The notes: generated by a model from the letters alone, not told the origin. DNA of 64,000 nucleotides from the human T2T-CHM13v2.0 reference genome, Homo sapiens (GCF_009914755.1 NC_060928.1), one strand, 5' to 3'. Shown: positions 1 through 13,914, counted from the stretch's first letter. Made by a program: numbers and translations.

Positions 1-939
1 CTTGAGAGTTGAAAATGCTTACGTCTGAATAAGGTGAAAGTGAGTTTTATTGGGAAGGATTGTAGGTACAATCATGTTAAATTCATTTCCAGGCTGAATA
101 AAACAATTGCTATTTTGTTCATGAAATAGTAGCACTTCACACAGTGTTAACACCTGCATACCCCAGGTTCACCTTCATGACTCTTAATAATCTCTATTTC
201 CTGCAAGCTTAGCCCTGCACAGATATTGAATATGGTTTTGTGACTGGAGACATGGAAGCAGTGTTTTTTTTTTTTTTTTTCAAGTCTTCTATGATGGACT
301 TATCAGTTGGGTGCCAGTTGAGTAACAGGTTGTTATACTTATTACATTACTACAATATACAATCATTGTGTTTAATAATTTTGCATGCTTCCTATGTCTT
401 TCTGTAACTACTCTGAGAATGGAAACCAGTCATTCCCTTCTTATTTATTTTCTACAAGTGCCTTTTCAGGTCTAGCTCTTAGTTATATGGCCTTGCAAGC
501 TTCTTCTACTCAACACTGAGAACCACTCTCCCCTCACCCCACCCAGCAACTCCCGAATCTTGAGGCTTTACCTCACTAAACCCTGAAACTAGGATTTAAT
601 CTATACTCAACTTGATGTTGTCACCTAAACGCAACCTCCCACCCCCTTATATTCCAAGTATTTACGTCCAACACTTTCCAGAAGAGAAAAGGGAAAGGAC
701 CAATGTGTACATGGGAAGAAGCTATTTCCTCCTTTCTTCTATTGAAACTGAAATCTAGTCTTAGCTCTACCCACTCCCTCTTTTCTTAAGAAATTTTATA
801 TTATCAATTACACCAGGTTAATAAAATGGATTTTTCTTACCAAAATTTTGAAATTCCCATTCTTATGACTGTTGATATTTTATTGACTTGAAAGAAATAA
901 CTTCATATTTATTTTAAACTACACAATTCAGCACTCTAC

Positions 940-1427
940 TGTTTGTGATCCCATGGGCAAATAAGTGGTGCTCTCAAACATTTCATTGAAGAGTTAAATA
1001 GAGGTATTATTGACGAAGATGTAAATAGTGTTAAAGGAATCAACAAGGAGTGTTGAATCACCAGAACCTACCTAGATGACTTACATGAAGACTGATAAGG
1101 CATGGGAGGAAGCATTATTACTAGACAAAGCAATAGAGCCATGGGAGAGAGACCATCACTCATAGTAGTAGTGAGCTACAGTGCAGAAAAAGAAAGAGAA
1201 TCACTGCCAATACCAAAATCAGGCTATGAGGAACTGGGAATAAGGGATACACTGATCTCACTCCTCTTATCTATCTCTTTTCATGGTCTCCAACTGCAAA
1301 TCCAACCAGAAGTCAGAGGTTATGGGAGCCTAAGTAAGGAAGACCATGAAAGTTAGTCTTTCAGGACACAGAGGAAGGCAGTGAAGCCCTCAGTGAATCC
1401 AGAAGAAAAGTAGAGAAAAACCAACAC
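940..1427 (-). mobile_element. LTR33-like ERVL solo LTR, diverged
   Basis: Recognisable blocks such as aatccaaccagaagtcagagg...gggagcc and caggacacagag...tgaatccagaag...aaccaacac resemble the recalled antisense LTR33 consensus. Confidence 0.6.
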
Positions 1428-1437
1428 GAGCATCTAC

Positions 1438-1650
1438 CATTTGATAGGACCTATTATAAGAAGGTTATATATATTAACTTATTTAATCCTTATAAAATTT
1501 CATATGAGTGGCACTAATTACATTATAAGGATAAAAATAGGGTACATAAGAGTTAACTAAATTTCTGCCTCCATATAGCTAGCAGGAGCCAGACATAAAT
1601 TTCAAGATCAGAGATCCTGGTTCCACAAACCATGTCCTTAGCCACTCTGA
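1438..1650 (-). mobile_element. MIR SINE
   Basis: aacttatttaatcctta...atagctagc...gagccaga...ccatgtccttagccact resembles the antisense MIR core. Confidence 0.6.
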
Positions 1651-2341
1651 TAATCTTCCTTCTGAATCAGAATGGACTCATGTTAGGTATAAATGAAATT
1701 TGATATAATTATTGAGATGTGAGGATTGCATATGTTGGATTGATAACTTAGGAGAATTTTCCTAAATTTCTTCATATATAGATTTCTTTGTATTCAACCA
1801 TCACCAAAGCCACAGAAATATGTCTTAGAAATGGAGGAAAAGAAAGAATGATAATAAAAGCAGTCTCTACTACTTGGTGTCTCTTCTAATCTCTTTGTTT
1901 CCATAATTTGCCCACTGATCTTTACTTCTTACCAAGTGGTCCAAGTGTATTACTACAAAGGAATTATGAAGATTTTCCCGTTTTTAACTTCCTGAGTTAT
2001 GCAATGTAGATAGCAATAAATGACCAATTAAGTCATTCAATTGTTTTCATGGTAATTCATGAAAACACTATTGGAAACATTACTGAGTTATAAACATAAT
2101 CATAATATATATGATAATAAAATGGAAAGGAATTGGTTACAAATTAAAAGAAAGGCGTGCGAAGCTATGCTGCAACAAGTATAAGATATCTGAGAACCAT
2201 AAATTGGCATTTGGGAGGAGCTCACTGATTAGTAATTCTTATTTACCTACTTTGATTGGCCTTAAAAAAGACATATACATTCCTAATAAACATACATTCA
2301 CTCATGAATTCACACAAAACAGTCAAAGATCCTGACTTTAG

Positions 2342-2633
<292 letters not shown>

Positions 2634-3719
2634 AGGGAGTTTGATTCTTGCAAGATATCTTCTAAAGCTCTCAAAATAGTCTTGAAAAACTGCAGTGCAG
2701 TTGTTCTCCATTAAATACACAATAGAGCATTTTTTTGCCTAGAATTACCATAAAAATAATTCAATATATAAATTGAATTCATATATAAATATATGACTGG
2801 AAGTCTATAGTAAAGACTGTGATAGTGATTTTTCTGCATTTTATAAATTAAAAAACATAGTTTTTCATATTTTAATCTCTCTAAAATTAGGATGCATCCT
2901 TCAACTTCTATTTGCAATTGTAATTAGCACCATGTTTGTCTTTATTAGTGATGTGTAAAATAGTTGCACATCTTACAATAGGAAACATTTTAGATTAAAT
3001 AATGTATGGTATTTTTACAAATTAAGTTAATGGATATTCCTGGAAAGTTAAGTTAAACGTCACTGGGCAAGAAGCCACATAAAGAGAATAACTATTTTAA
3101 AGAATACCTCCAAAAGAAAAGGCAGTAGGAAATATACCAATTAGAAAACATAGGACAGTAATAGCAATGAGAAAAATTACTGTCTAAATTAAAACTGTTG
3201 CCTCAATCATAGAAGGATATACACAGAAATAGGAAATACACAGAGATAGCTTATCTTGAATCATTACCACAAAGCAATATCCAAAATATCTATTGAGAGA
3301 ATGGTAGGTTTTTCTAAGCAACTCACCAAAGGAAGGATTGTTTGCCTGGCTGCAGCAGACAGCCACCTACTGAGTTATCATTTTGAGTAATTTCTTTTTC
3401 CTAAAAAATATCCATCATTAGTCTCACTTTTTGGAATTTCTTTTTTTTTTTATGGAGATTGTGACTGATATATGGGCACCAGAGTCTTAATTTGTACAAA
3501 AACAAAAAAAAAGTATTTAGGTTAGATTTAGTTATTTATATACATCAGCATGAAGTAAAGCAATGTACTTAATTTCCTCTTAATATACCTTTTAACAAAG
3601 GAATAAATAATATATAATTCATTTTTTATTCAAAGTACTTCACACAATTTTGTTGCCTTTATTTCACCAAGTCTCCTCTATTTAATACACCTATGCTAAG
3701 AAGCTTTGGCACACACTGC

Positions 3720-3912
3720 AAAAAGCACTCAACTTGCAGTCAAAAGGTATGACTTTTAGTATCGTACTAGTTTTTCTGCTTAATTGATCTTTGAATTTAT
3801 GGAAACCAAGACGCTGTTCTGAACTTCAATTTTTCCATCTGTAAAACAGGAATAATAAAACCAATCACAAAGGGTTACTACTATATTAACTGGATGAAAC
3901 TATGTGAAAGCA
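3720..3912 (+). mobile_element. MIR SINE
   Basis: ttttccatctgtaaaacaggaataataa...agggtta...atgtgaaagc MIR core. Confidence 0.65.
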
Positions 3913-4842
3913 GGTAGCAAAATGAACAGTGCTTCTACATACATTATCTCTGCAGTAAAACTATGATGTGTAAACTCAGTAAAGAAAAAAAAGCATGAGT
4001 GATCATAAAAGTCTAATTATTCATTGTCATCAAACTTCAGATTTTTGTGGGAGATTGGAGGACTCTAAGGGAGACAAACAAATGTAAACTGCAGAATAAT
4101 GAGTTTTAGGCCCCGTCACTGTTACCTCAATTTGAAAACCTGCTAATGAGGACCACAGGAACTCTTCTGCCAGTGAAGCTGGTACTTCCTAGAGGAAAAA
4201 TGCACAAAAAACACCTACCACCGAAAACAAAAGCACCCTGAATTATGATTTTCAAAAATATCTAGAAGTTTATATATCAATTATTTTATCTCATATAAAC
4301 TGTGTTTGATTCCAGGCTAGCTTTAAATAGACTCTATATTTTAATATATAACTAAACAAATGCCTCCAGTGATAGTTCTGAAACGTCATTGTCCTTAAAT
4401 TTTTTGCTAAGGACATTGTCCAAGTGTTTGCTACTTAGAGACTTTCAGAATTTTCATCGCTACCTCAAAGTTCAAGCTTTTCTGAGGTCCCAGCGTTTGA
4501 GCCTCTTGAACCTGGAGGCAAGGTTAGGGGTTGGGAAAGTAAACTTGTCAAGAGACTCTACTGGGCAAGCCCTCACAGCAAGGAGTTGGGAAGAGAGCTG
4601 ACAGCAAGCTCTGGTGGCTCCCACAGCAATGTCTTACGAGGGCTCCTTCGGAGGAGTTAATAAATAATAAAGTTTGGTTCAGGACTCCAGGCAAGAATGA
4701 CAACTCTGGCTGAGGAAATTTCCAGGGGCTGATATCTAAAATAAACTTAAAGTCACAATAAAATATGATAAGTGCCATGTAATAATCCTACAATGGAAAT
4801 ACACAGGATAGCATTGTGGTTAAGAACACAGTTCCTACAGTT

Positions 4843-5935
4843 TCACTTCTGGGGTGGCAAATGAGGAGTTCCATGGACCCACTCCCCAGCAAAATAAGCA
4901 GAGATGTCAAAAATGAAAAAGAAATGAACAAAAAACAACACTAACAAAAAAGTTTACATTCTCTGGAAATAATTGCAAATCATATATCTCATAAGTGATA
5001 TTTAGCATATACAAAAATATTATAACTCAGTATGAAGAAATATAAACAAAATTAAAAAAAATTAAAATGGGCAAAGATCTGAACAGTTCTGCAATGAAGA
5101 TATATTTATATAAATGGTCAGTAAGCAAATGAAGAGATGCTCAGCATAGTTTTCCATCAAGGAAATGCAAATCAAAACCACAATGAGCTATGACTACAAG
5201 CCCACTAGGATGGCTATATTCAAAATGACAGATAATAACAAATGTTGGCAAGGATGTTGAAAAATCAGAATGCTGATACATTGCTGGTAGGAATGTAAAA
5301 TGGTACGACTCCTTCAGAAAACAGTCTAGCAGTTCCTCAAATGGTTAAAAGTAGAGTCACTACATGATTACAAATTCCACTGTATATATAATCCCAAGAG
5401 AAATGAAAACATATGTCCATATGAAAACTTGTACTCAAATGCTCATAGCAGCATGGTTGATTGCAGCCAAAAATGGAAACAACCCAAAGGTCTATCAACT
5501 GGTGAATGGATACATAAAATGTAGTATACCATAAAATGGAATATTATTTGGCAATAGAATGAAATTACATGTTGATAACAGTGTGCAGCATGGATGAACC
5601 TTGAAAGCATGCTAAGGGAAAGAAGCCAGACACAGAGGATCATGTATTATATGAATTCATTTCTGTGAAATGTTCAGAATAGACAAATCTATAGGGACTC
5701 ACAGGGGCAAAAAGTAATTCGTGATTGCCTAGGTCTGGGAAAGTTTTGGAGATTGGCAGATGACAGCTAACAAGAGTGGCATTTTTGAGGGGGAGCTGGT
5801 AATAAAGTTCTAAAACTGACTGCAATGATGATTGCACATATTTGCGAATATACTAAAGCTATTGGATTGTGCACTTTGGATGGGTGAATTGTATATTATG
5901 TAAATTATATCTGAATAAAGCTACTTTTTAAAAAA
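4843..5935 (+). mobile_element. Old L1 (L1MB/L1M4-type): ~1 kb ORF2 C-terminus plus 3'UTR, preceded by a ~125 bp piece resembling an L1M 5' end
   Basis: aaaatgggcaaagatctgaacag, gaaatgcaaatcaaaaccacaatgag, and a 3' end gggtgaattgtatattatgtaaattatatctgaataaagct with A-tail. The 3' part is confident; the 5'-end assignment is less so. Confidence 0.85.
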
Positions 5936-6170
5936 GAGAGAGTCTGGTTCCCCAGACTGCCTATGTTTAAATCCCCACCTCTCCTACCTGTGAATGTAGG
6001 CCAGGTATTTAAACTCTATGATTCTGTTTCTTCATCTGTACAATGGAGATAATATAAATTACCTACCTCATAAAGCTGTTATAAAAATTCAAATAACTAG
6101 TACATGCAAAGAACAAAGACCTTCTAACAGAACCTGGCACATGAAAAGTGTGATATGTGTCCATTCTTCT
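5936..6170 (+). mobile_element. MIR SINE (3' part; its 5' tip lies at ~4807-4831, split off by the L1)
   Basis: cagactgcct...tttcttcatctgtacaatggagataata...acctacctcataaagctgtt...cctggcacat. Upstream piece gcattgtggttaagaacacag matches the MIR start. Confidence 0.8.
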
Positions 6171-6958
6171 TATGCACAGACTGTTAAGGGAGAGCATGAA
6201 AGAAGTATCCAACTTATGGGTAAGGCAGTCGGCAAGGCTTAAAGGATGATATTTAAATTCATCTTGAAAGATGAGCAGGGATTATCAAGGAATAGATAAG
6301 AGGGAAGGGATATCCAGCATTAGAAAGAGTATATGCGGAAGTATGTAGATATGATATTCTATCAAGAATTTAAAGTATCCTAAAAGTAAATTCAAATATT
6401 TTCTGAAGTATATGAAATTGAAATACAGAAAATTCCAGCAACCTATGTGTCATGTCTTCTCTTTTTTAAGAGTTCCTTTAGAGACAATTCAGTAAGAAAT
6501 TTCTCTGTGACTATGAAGGTAATATTGTATGATGTAAATAATATTCACCAAGTTAAAAATAACATTGCTACAACTCTGATCCAGTGTAAAGTTTAGGTAA
6601 AATAGTACTCATTTTTATTATTGAAACAGTGTAATCAGTAGACATAGCTCTGTGTTGTGTACATATTTTGTTTTGTCTCTTCTTCTGAGTGTACTCATCT
6701 TAGGTGAATGGGGAAAATATGATTTTTATAAACAGACTCTTAAAGAAAAATGGCCTATGCAAATGATGTAATTTAGAGCAACCATAGTATATGTGTTCAC
6801 TTCAGCGCTCACTAAATAAAATCACCATAAGAATTGATGCATGACAATGGCTTGACAATTTCTTATTCTTTTGTATCACACCAATTCTTGAAATGATAGC
6901 TGTTGCACAGACATGTGTGAGTATTGCTATTGTATATGTGGTAGCCATGCATGACCCT

Positions 6959-7219
6959 ACTTTTCTCCTCTTGGAAGCTGGAACCTGAATTCTTAGACTA
7001 ATCAATGAGTAAATATTTCAGAGATGTGTTATCTAATTTACTTCTGAAAAACAGATCTACTACTTGTCTCTAGACATTTAGAAAGAGATTGACAGAGTCA
7101 TTTGCAAATTCAAAGATATAAAAACAGTAGGTAGATTGACTTCCATAATCAAATCAATATTTGGTTAGAACATTTCACAATATTCTAACCGAAATTACAT
7201 GAACTACATTATATACTTT
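6959..7219 (+). repeat. Dispersed direct duplication, copy A (probable donor)
   Basis: Aligns by eye to 11324-11581 with about 30 differences over ~260 bp. Confidence 0.95.
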
Positions 7220-7644
7220 CAGAAATGCAGTGTACCACTCCATCTGAACAAAAACATAATGTTAAGGTGTCCTTGAAGCTTTAAGTCATCTTTTGGCAAT
7301 GCAGTAGTTTCAACATAATCACAAGACAAAACCAGTTCCACATAAAATTCTTCAGAAATGAACATGAATATAAATAAAAACTTGAGAGATGCTACTGAAA
7401 TAGATTTTACATTTCAGAGTTACAAAGGAACACATTAGTAGCTATTAAAGCTTACAGATAACATTACCATCTAGCTTACTAATAAATCTCATTGTTAGTA
7501 TTTTCTCTAGTCTTTACTGAACCTTTAAGATTATTAATTTTTTTCATATTTTATTGATATGGCTAGGATAGAGTTATTAAATAACTTCTTCAAGTTACAA
7601 ATATGCTAAAAATAAGCATTGAATCCTTATCTATCTAATTTACT

Positions 7645-8105
7645 CCCAGCCATGATGATTCTAACAAGGACTGGCCTAATTTCCTGCCACAAAAGGCTAT
7701 AAAACTGAGCCAAGTATGGAAAAACCTTTTCAGACATTAGTCAATTGGTAGAAATGGACTTTGATACCTAAAAGGTTGGAAACAACTAAATGATCCCAAC
7801 AATTATCCCAGCTTTCTTGCTGCTGGCAGTTTCCATACTGGAGACATGAAAGTATGGATCCAAAACAGAACTTGTCAGCCTCACTGAGTTTACGAAGTAG
7901 AGATCAGAGGGTGAGAAAGCTGATGTGGTTGGCGCATATTATCTCATTTTTGAGATATGTTGTAAATTAGAGGGAGCTGAGCAGGAAAATATTTACAGAA
8001 ATGTGAATCTTGCCTGAGTACTAGACCATCAATGCTAGAGAGAAATTCTACAAGTGTGGGCAAAGAATGACAGGAATCAGAACAATCGCCAGAGCTCACA
8101 CATGA
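7645..8105 (+). mobile_element. L1MC-type 5'UTR fragment
   Basis: ccagccatgatg...ttttcagacatt...ctcactgagtt...agagatcagag...agggagctg...cagagctcacaca resembles the recalled L1MC 5' end. Confidence 0.6.
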
Positions 8106-9213
8106 TTTTTGAGAAAGGTTTCATTTGGGGAGATCGTATTGTATCAAGAATTCAAAAGAAAATGTAGAAAGTATGTATTTATCTTTGAGTTGTGTAGTGA
8201 TCGATAGAAATTTAGGTGAATATCTAAATATCTATATAGATATAAAGTAGGATACTCCCACACACCTTGCTATTTCTGTGTTTTACATATTTCCCTGACC
8301 TCCCAAAATGTCCAGCTTTTTGTTAGGAAGCTGCACGCTCATCTTCCCCTTCTGAGCTCCAAGAGCATGTTGATGTTCTTGCTGTTTCATAGCTGATATA
8401 AATTAGCATTGGGTAAACGACGAAAAAACGTCACAGAAAGTTTTTCTTGTTCACATTTTGGAAATCTTCCTTCTCAGTAGAGAAAAGCAACCTTAAAGTT
8501 GCAACATCATGATTGGATTTCAGTTCACAAAAGAAAATAAATTTTGACAAATCACATATGCTTTTCCTGTCCCTCCCAAAATGCTGCAGTCTTCCATGGC
8601 AGCCTTACCAAAGAAAAAACTAAGTCCCTAACTGGAACTTGGATTCTTTCAAAGGCACAGTAAGAGGTTTTGACCAATAGAGAAGCATTGATCAAATCAC
8701 TATCCACTGCATTACATGGTACTCTAGGAGAGTCTGAAATGAGAATAGATATCTTCAAAAAGCATCCAAATCTGGGGCTGGTTTACTCATCTGTCAGCTT
8801 CTGGAATAGTGAACATGCTATTAAAATTCAGCTCCTTCTGGGAGGTGGGAAGATAATCAAGGGGAGACCCACCATACTGCATGGAAGTCCCAGAAATGGA
8901 AAAGCTGATCAAAGGAAGGAAGGTAATATACTTTTTTATAATATGTTCCTTGGGATTTTTAATGATCGGTCGAAATACAGAGGTTTTGGTTTTAAGGTGT
9001 TATTTTCACAGCATCTCCAGGTAAACTTCCAAGTATTATGTTAACCTGGATAGAAACAAAAAAGTCCATAATGCTTGAAACTGAATATGTGATCCTTGCA
9101 TCATGTTTAAAATTGTTCAGCAAGGAATTTCAGTTTCTCTAGGTGATGGAAGTTAGCACGAGCAAAGGAACTTTACAATTTTTCAGAATTTTTTTTTTTT
9201 CATGTTTGGAAGG

Positions 9214-9386
9214 TCTCCTCCTCCTCCTCCTCCTTCTCCTCCTCCTCCTCCTCCTCCTCCTCGTCCTCCTCCTCCTCCTCCTCATCCTCCTCGTCCTCCT
9301 CCTCGTCCTCCTCCTCTTCCTCCTCCTCCTTCTCCTCCTCCTCCTCCTCCTCCACCTCCTGCTTCTCCTTCTCCTCCTTCTTCTTC
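9214..9386 (+). repeat. Interrupted (CCT)n/(AGG)n trinucleotide repeat, ~57 units
   Basis: Read directly; interruptions (CGT, CAT, CTT and similar) keep the 3-nt period. Confidence 0.98.
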
Positions 9387-10609
9387 ATTTTTATTTTTAA
9401 CCATTGCTAGTGGTATGATTTTTGAATTGGGAAAACAAAATATTCAGACTAAATATTTTCCCAATGATTCTTATGTAGAGTAATGTACTTTGCAATTCAA
9501 TTAAAAATAACAAGCTAGGATGGTGTTCTGAGCCAAATGTAATCTCCAAGACCATGGTCAGTAAAGTACTCAAGAAAAAAGTATTGAGGCCGAGTAGTCT
9601 GAAGTCTACTGGGGAATAAAGAAGCAGCTGATTAGCATTTGAAAGCAAGGTCTTTCACTGTTTTAAAAGTGAAGGAGAATTTTTTAACAGAACACTCATC
9701 AAAAACAAAGCGTTTGAAAATTACCCCTCCTTTGTTTTATCAGTCTCAGGGAAGATGCACTTCGATACACGTCTCAGGAATTAAGATGCATTTCGATACA
9801 TGTAATATTACATTTGGTGACACTGCTGGAACATATGCTGAGAAATGCAAGAATAAATAGGACTAATGCTCATTTTCTTTTTTTTTTAATCACTTGCAAG
9901 TGACATTTGTTTCATCTAGGCAGGAAAGCAGGATCTTATAGGCAGGGTAGGTGTAAGGGCTGATTTTAGGTCAAGCTTTTCAATTTATTATGCAATAAAA
10001 TATAGCAATAAAAATATGCATCTTTATATTTTCCAGTAAATTATAGGAATCTCCGTTTAATTTTTTATATATGTGCTAATAATTAATTCAGTACTACAGT
10101 CTGGATCCACAGTCCTTTTGATAAGAGCTGGCACAGAGGTCATTTTTATGTGCCTTATTATTAATCTTAATAATATGTAGTAATATTCCTTTATATGCTT
10201 ATTGTGACACACAGAAACTTAAAGCCTTTGTAGCTTTAAGTTCAGATGTCTCCACATTCTTTTGTAAATCCCTGCAGATTTGTTTCTTGCTTTTAAATAT
10301 CAGCACCTTTCTGCTGTCTACTCTTAGGTCTCTGCCCTCTATGCAGGAGATCTTTTCTTTTAAGTTTCCCACCGTGCTTCATAATAAAATCAAAAGAAAA
10401 AGGTACATCCCTCAGAAAGCATTCATCTCACTAGAAATAGAAAACCTGTCACCTTATTCTTAAAACCTTAGATCAGCCAGGCCAGTGGCTGAAATAGTGA
10501 GGGTAGTGTCTACAAAGGGTATAGAGTAGGGGTAGCAAAATAATTATGTACCTTGTTCTCTCCACATCTTTTAGGGAAGAGACTCTTTGCTCTGGAAAAT
10601 GACTTAATA

Positions 10610-10920
10610 CCATTGGGAGGAAAACATTTCCTCTACCCACTTAGGTTCCTATGTTTAGGGGCCTGTGAATTAACTGATAATAGACAGATTAACAGGAGAA
10701 AAGAAAAGGTTAATCTACACATGCATGTGAAGTCACTCAATAATGAGTCGTTTCCTGAATACCCAGAGGTAAAGATTGGTATAGCAACTTAAAAAAGGGA
10801 AGGGAAGTGTGGCTAGGGCATCAATGTGTAGTTGATCTCCTTCCTGGAATTAGCAGAAAGCTCTTGGAGGAGAGTTAATAGCAGCTGTATTGGGGGTAGT
10901 GTCAGCTTTAGTTAGGTAAG
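10610..10920 (-). mobile_element. ERV1-class LTR fragment (MER34/MER39-like)
   Basis: ttcctctacccacttagg...aattaactga...agacagattaacaggagaaaag is typical of these LTRs in antisense. Confidence 0.5.
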
Positions 10921-11228
10921 GGAAAGTCAGATCAGATTTCAAATATTTTCACTTTAATCTTTATGCTAAAACTGTGATTCCTTCAATATGCTGATGAAAG
11001 TTGAAGTGTGGCTTGGAAAAAAAGAGAAAGTATAAGTAGATTTATTCTAGATATAAAGCATTTTTTAGGTATAGTAGAAAGAGAGAAAGAGAAAGCAACA
11101 GGCACACACACACTGAGAGAGAGATTTTGACACGACCATGTCAAAGACTAAGAGTACCCCAAGTTCTTTATCAACCATGTAGTTTCTGCAACCTGCAGTA
11201 TACACACATGCATACCCATATACTGATG

Positions 11229-11712
11229 GAGGCAGTCTAAATTAATGGTTAAGAATATGAACTTCAGCACCAGAGGGCATTGGATTCAAATTTCAATCTT
11301 TCTTACTAGCTTTGTAACTTCAAACTTTTTTCCTCTTGGAAGCTGGAAACTGCATTTTTAGATTAAACAATGAGTAAATATTTCAGAGATGTGTTATACA
11401 GTTTACTTCTGAAAACAGATTTATTACTTGTCTCTAGAAGTTTAGAGAGAGATCGACAGAGTCATTTGCAAATTCAAAGATATAAAAAACAGGTAGACTG
11501 ACTACCATAATCAAATCAATATTGGTTTAGAAAATTTCACAATATTCTAACTCAAGTTATGTGAACTATATTATATACTTTTACATTATTTATCTACCCT
11601 CAAGTTTCAGTTCTCTCCTTTGCAAATGACAATAACAATACCAAAAAATAAAAAAACTAAATGAGGTAATGAACGTAAAGTGATAAGGATGATGACAGGC
11701 ATAAAGTAAGCT
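11229..11712 (+). mobile_element. MIR SINE interrupted at ~11324-11581
   Basis: 5' half ggaggcag...atggttaagaat...ggattcaaat...cttactagctttgtaactt; 3' half ...tttcagttctctcctttgcaaatga...aaatgaggtaatg...gtaaagtg...ggcata. Confidence 0.75.
11324..11581 (+). repeat. Dispersed direct duplication, copy B (inserted within a MIR)
   Basis: Shares long exact blocks with copy A, e.g. caatgagtaaatatttcagagatgtgttat and gacagagtcatttgcaaattcaaagatataaaaa. Confidence 0.95.
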
Positions 11713-12085
11713 TTTTATTGTTTTTATTTGCTTTTTCCTGTAGCCTGAAAATATGTTCAAGGTAAAAAAAAGCATTCTTTTGCTCTGAATCTCCTTTATT
11801 CTACCAATTCTTTTCTCGTGTAAGTGTCTCAGACTCTTCAGTTGTCTTCACTTTGTCATTTATTTTTATCCTCAAATCATTGATATTTGGCTTCTATTTT
11901 CACTTCTCCAAACAAATTGCTTTTTTGTCTTCATGATCTTCTACGTGACAAATTAAATGCATGCTTTCAGACCTTACCTTCCTGGACCTCTCACCTCCAT
12001 TGGAATCCACTGGCAATTTACTCCCAGAAGCCCTGTCCTCTCTTGCATCTTCAACATCTTCTGATTCTGACCTCTCTATTCCTTT

Positions 12086-12580
<495 letters not shown>

Positions 12581-12931
12581 TAATGACAAAAAAACAGAAA
12601 ATATGGAAAACAAAAATTAACAGCAAAATCATAAATAATTCTTCCATCAAAAGTTACTTGCTAATATTTTAGTGTCTACCACTAGCTAAACTTAACTACA
12701 TTTCCTTATCTATAAAATTTGAGGTAATTGAGGTCCCAAACTCATAAAACTATTGAGCATGAATACACAAAAAGTTTTTAAAGTACCCAGCACATACTAA
12801 GTTCCATATGAATATTTGCTGCTATTATTTTTTTCAATTTCAAACATGTACACACATGTTTCAAATTCAAAAATGTAGCTTTGTACATTTTCTTCCCATT
12901 TAGCAATATGCAAATGAGTATTTTTAATTGA

Positions 12932-13236
<305 letters not shown>

Positions 13237-13638
13237 GTGAATAGATATTTTTAACAGATGTGATCAGTAGATTTTTTCAGCCACTTAGTGAATAATTTCT
13301 ACAGCTGCCTCAAATGTCTATTAATTTATCTAGGGTTGTATGTAATTCCCAGCCTTCTAACTGTTGACAGTTTTATTTCTCATTCCCTGAACTATGTTGA
13401 AATGCAAATTAATGTCTTTACAGAGATATTTTTGAATCTCTCTATTAAAAAAAAAAAAAGAAAAAAGAAAAAAACAAACCAATCCCGAACTTCAAAATGC
13501 TATTCTTGGTTTTTTAAAAAATGACCTATAGTCCAACTCTGTGTAGATAATTATGTGACAGGGCATTGAGACACTGAAGTTGACAGCCCAATGTGCTGTG
13601 CTGTGTCATACAGATAGACTTAAAAAAAAAAAGCCCCA

Positions 13639-13914
13639 GGCTGGGTTCTGTGGCTCATGCCTATAACTCCAGCATTTGGGGATCACTTGAGGTCAAGACT
13701 TTGAGACAAGCCTGGGCAGCATAGTAAGACCCATCCCCCCCCCCAAAAAAAAAATACCAGGCATAACAGTGTGTGCCTGTATTCCCAGCTACTCAAGAGT
13801 TTGAAGCAGGATTGCTTGAGCCCAGGAGGTTGAGGTGTAATGAGCCGTGATTGTGCCATTGCACTTCAACCTGGGCAAGATAACAAGACCCCATATCTTA
13901 AAGCAAAACAAAAC
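13639..13914 (+). mobile_element. AluJ (sense, diverged)
   Basis: ggctgggt...gtggctcatgcctataa...gattgcttgagcccaggaggttgagg...gcacttcaacctgggcaa, followed by an A-rich tail. Confidence 0.92.

Noticed and set aside
8670-9044. 124 aa ORF in apparently unique sequence, with donor-like gaag|gtaata and ccag|gtaaac
   Set aside because: Starts at a non-ATG codon and has no recognisable homology. It is not part of GluD2, and no convincing acceptor-donor pair defines an exon.
9143-9483. Poly-Leu, poly-Pro and poly-Glu/Asp ORFs (could suggest an acidic-tract retrogene)
   Set aside because: All are translations of the (CCT)n repeat; the flanks show no protein homology, poly-A or TSD.
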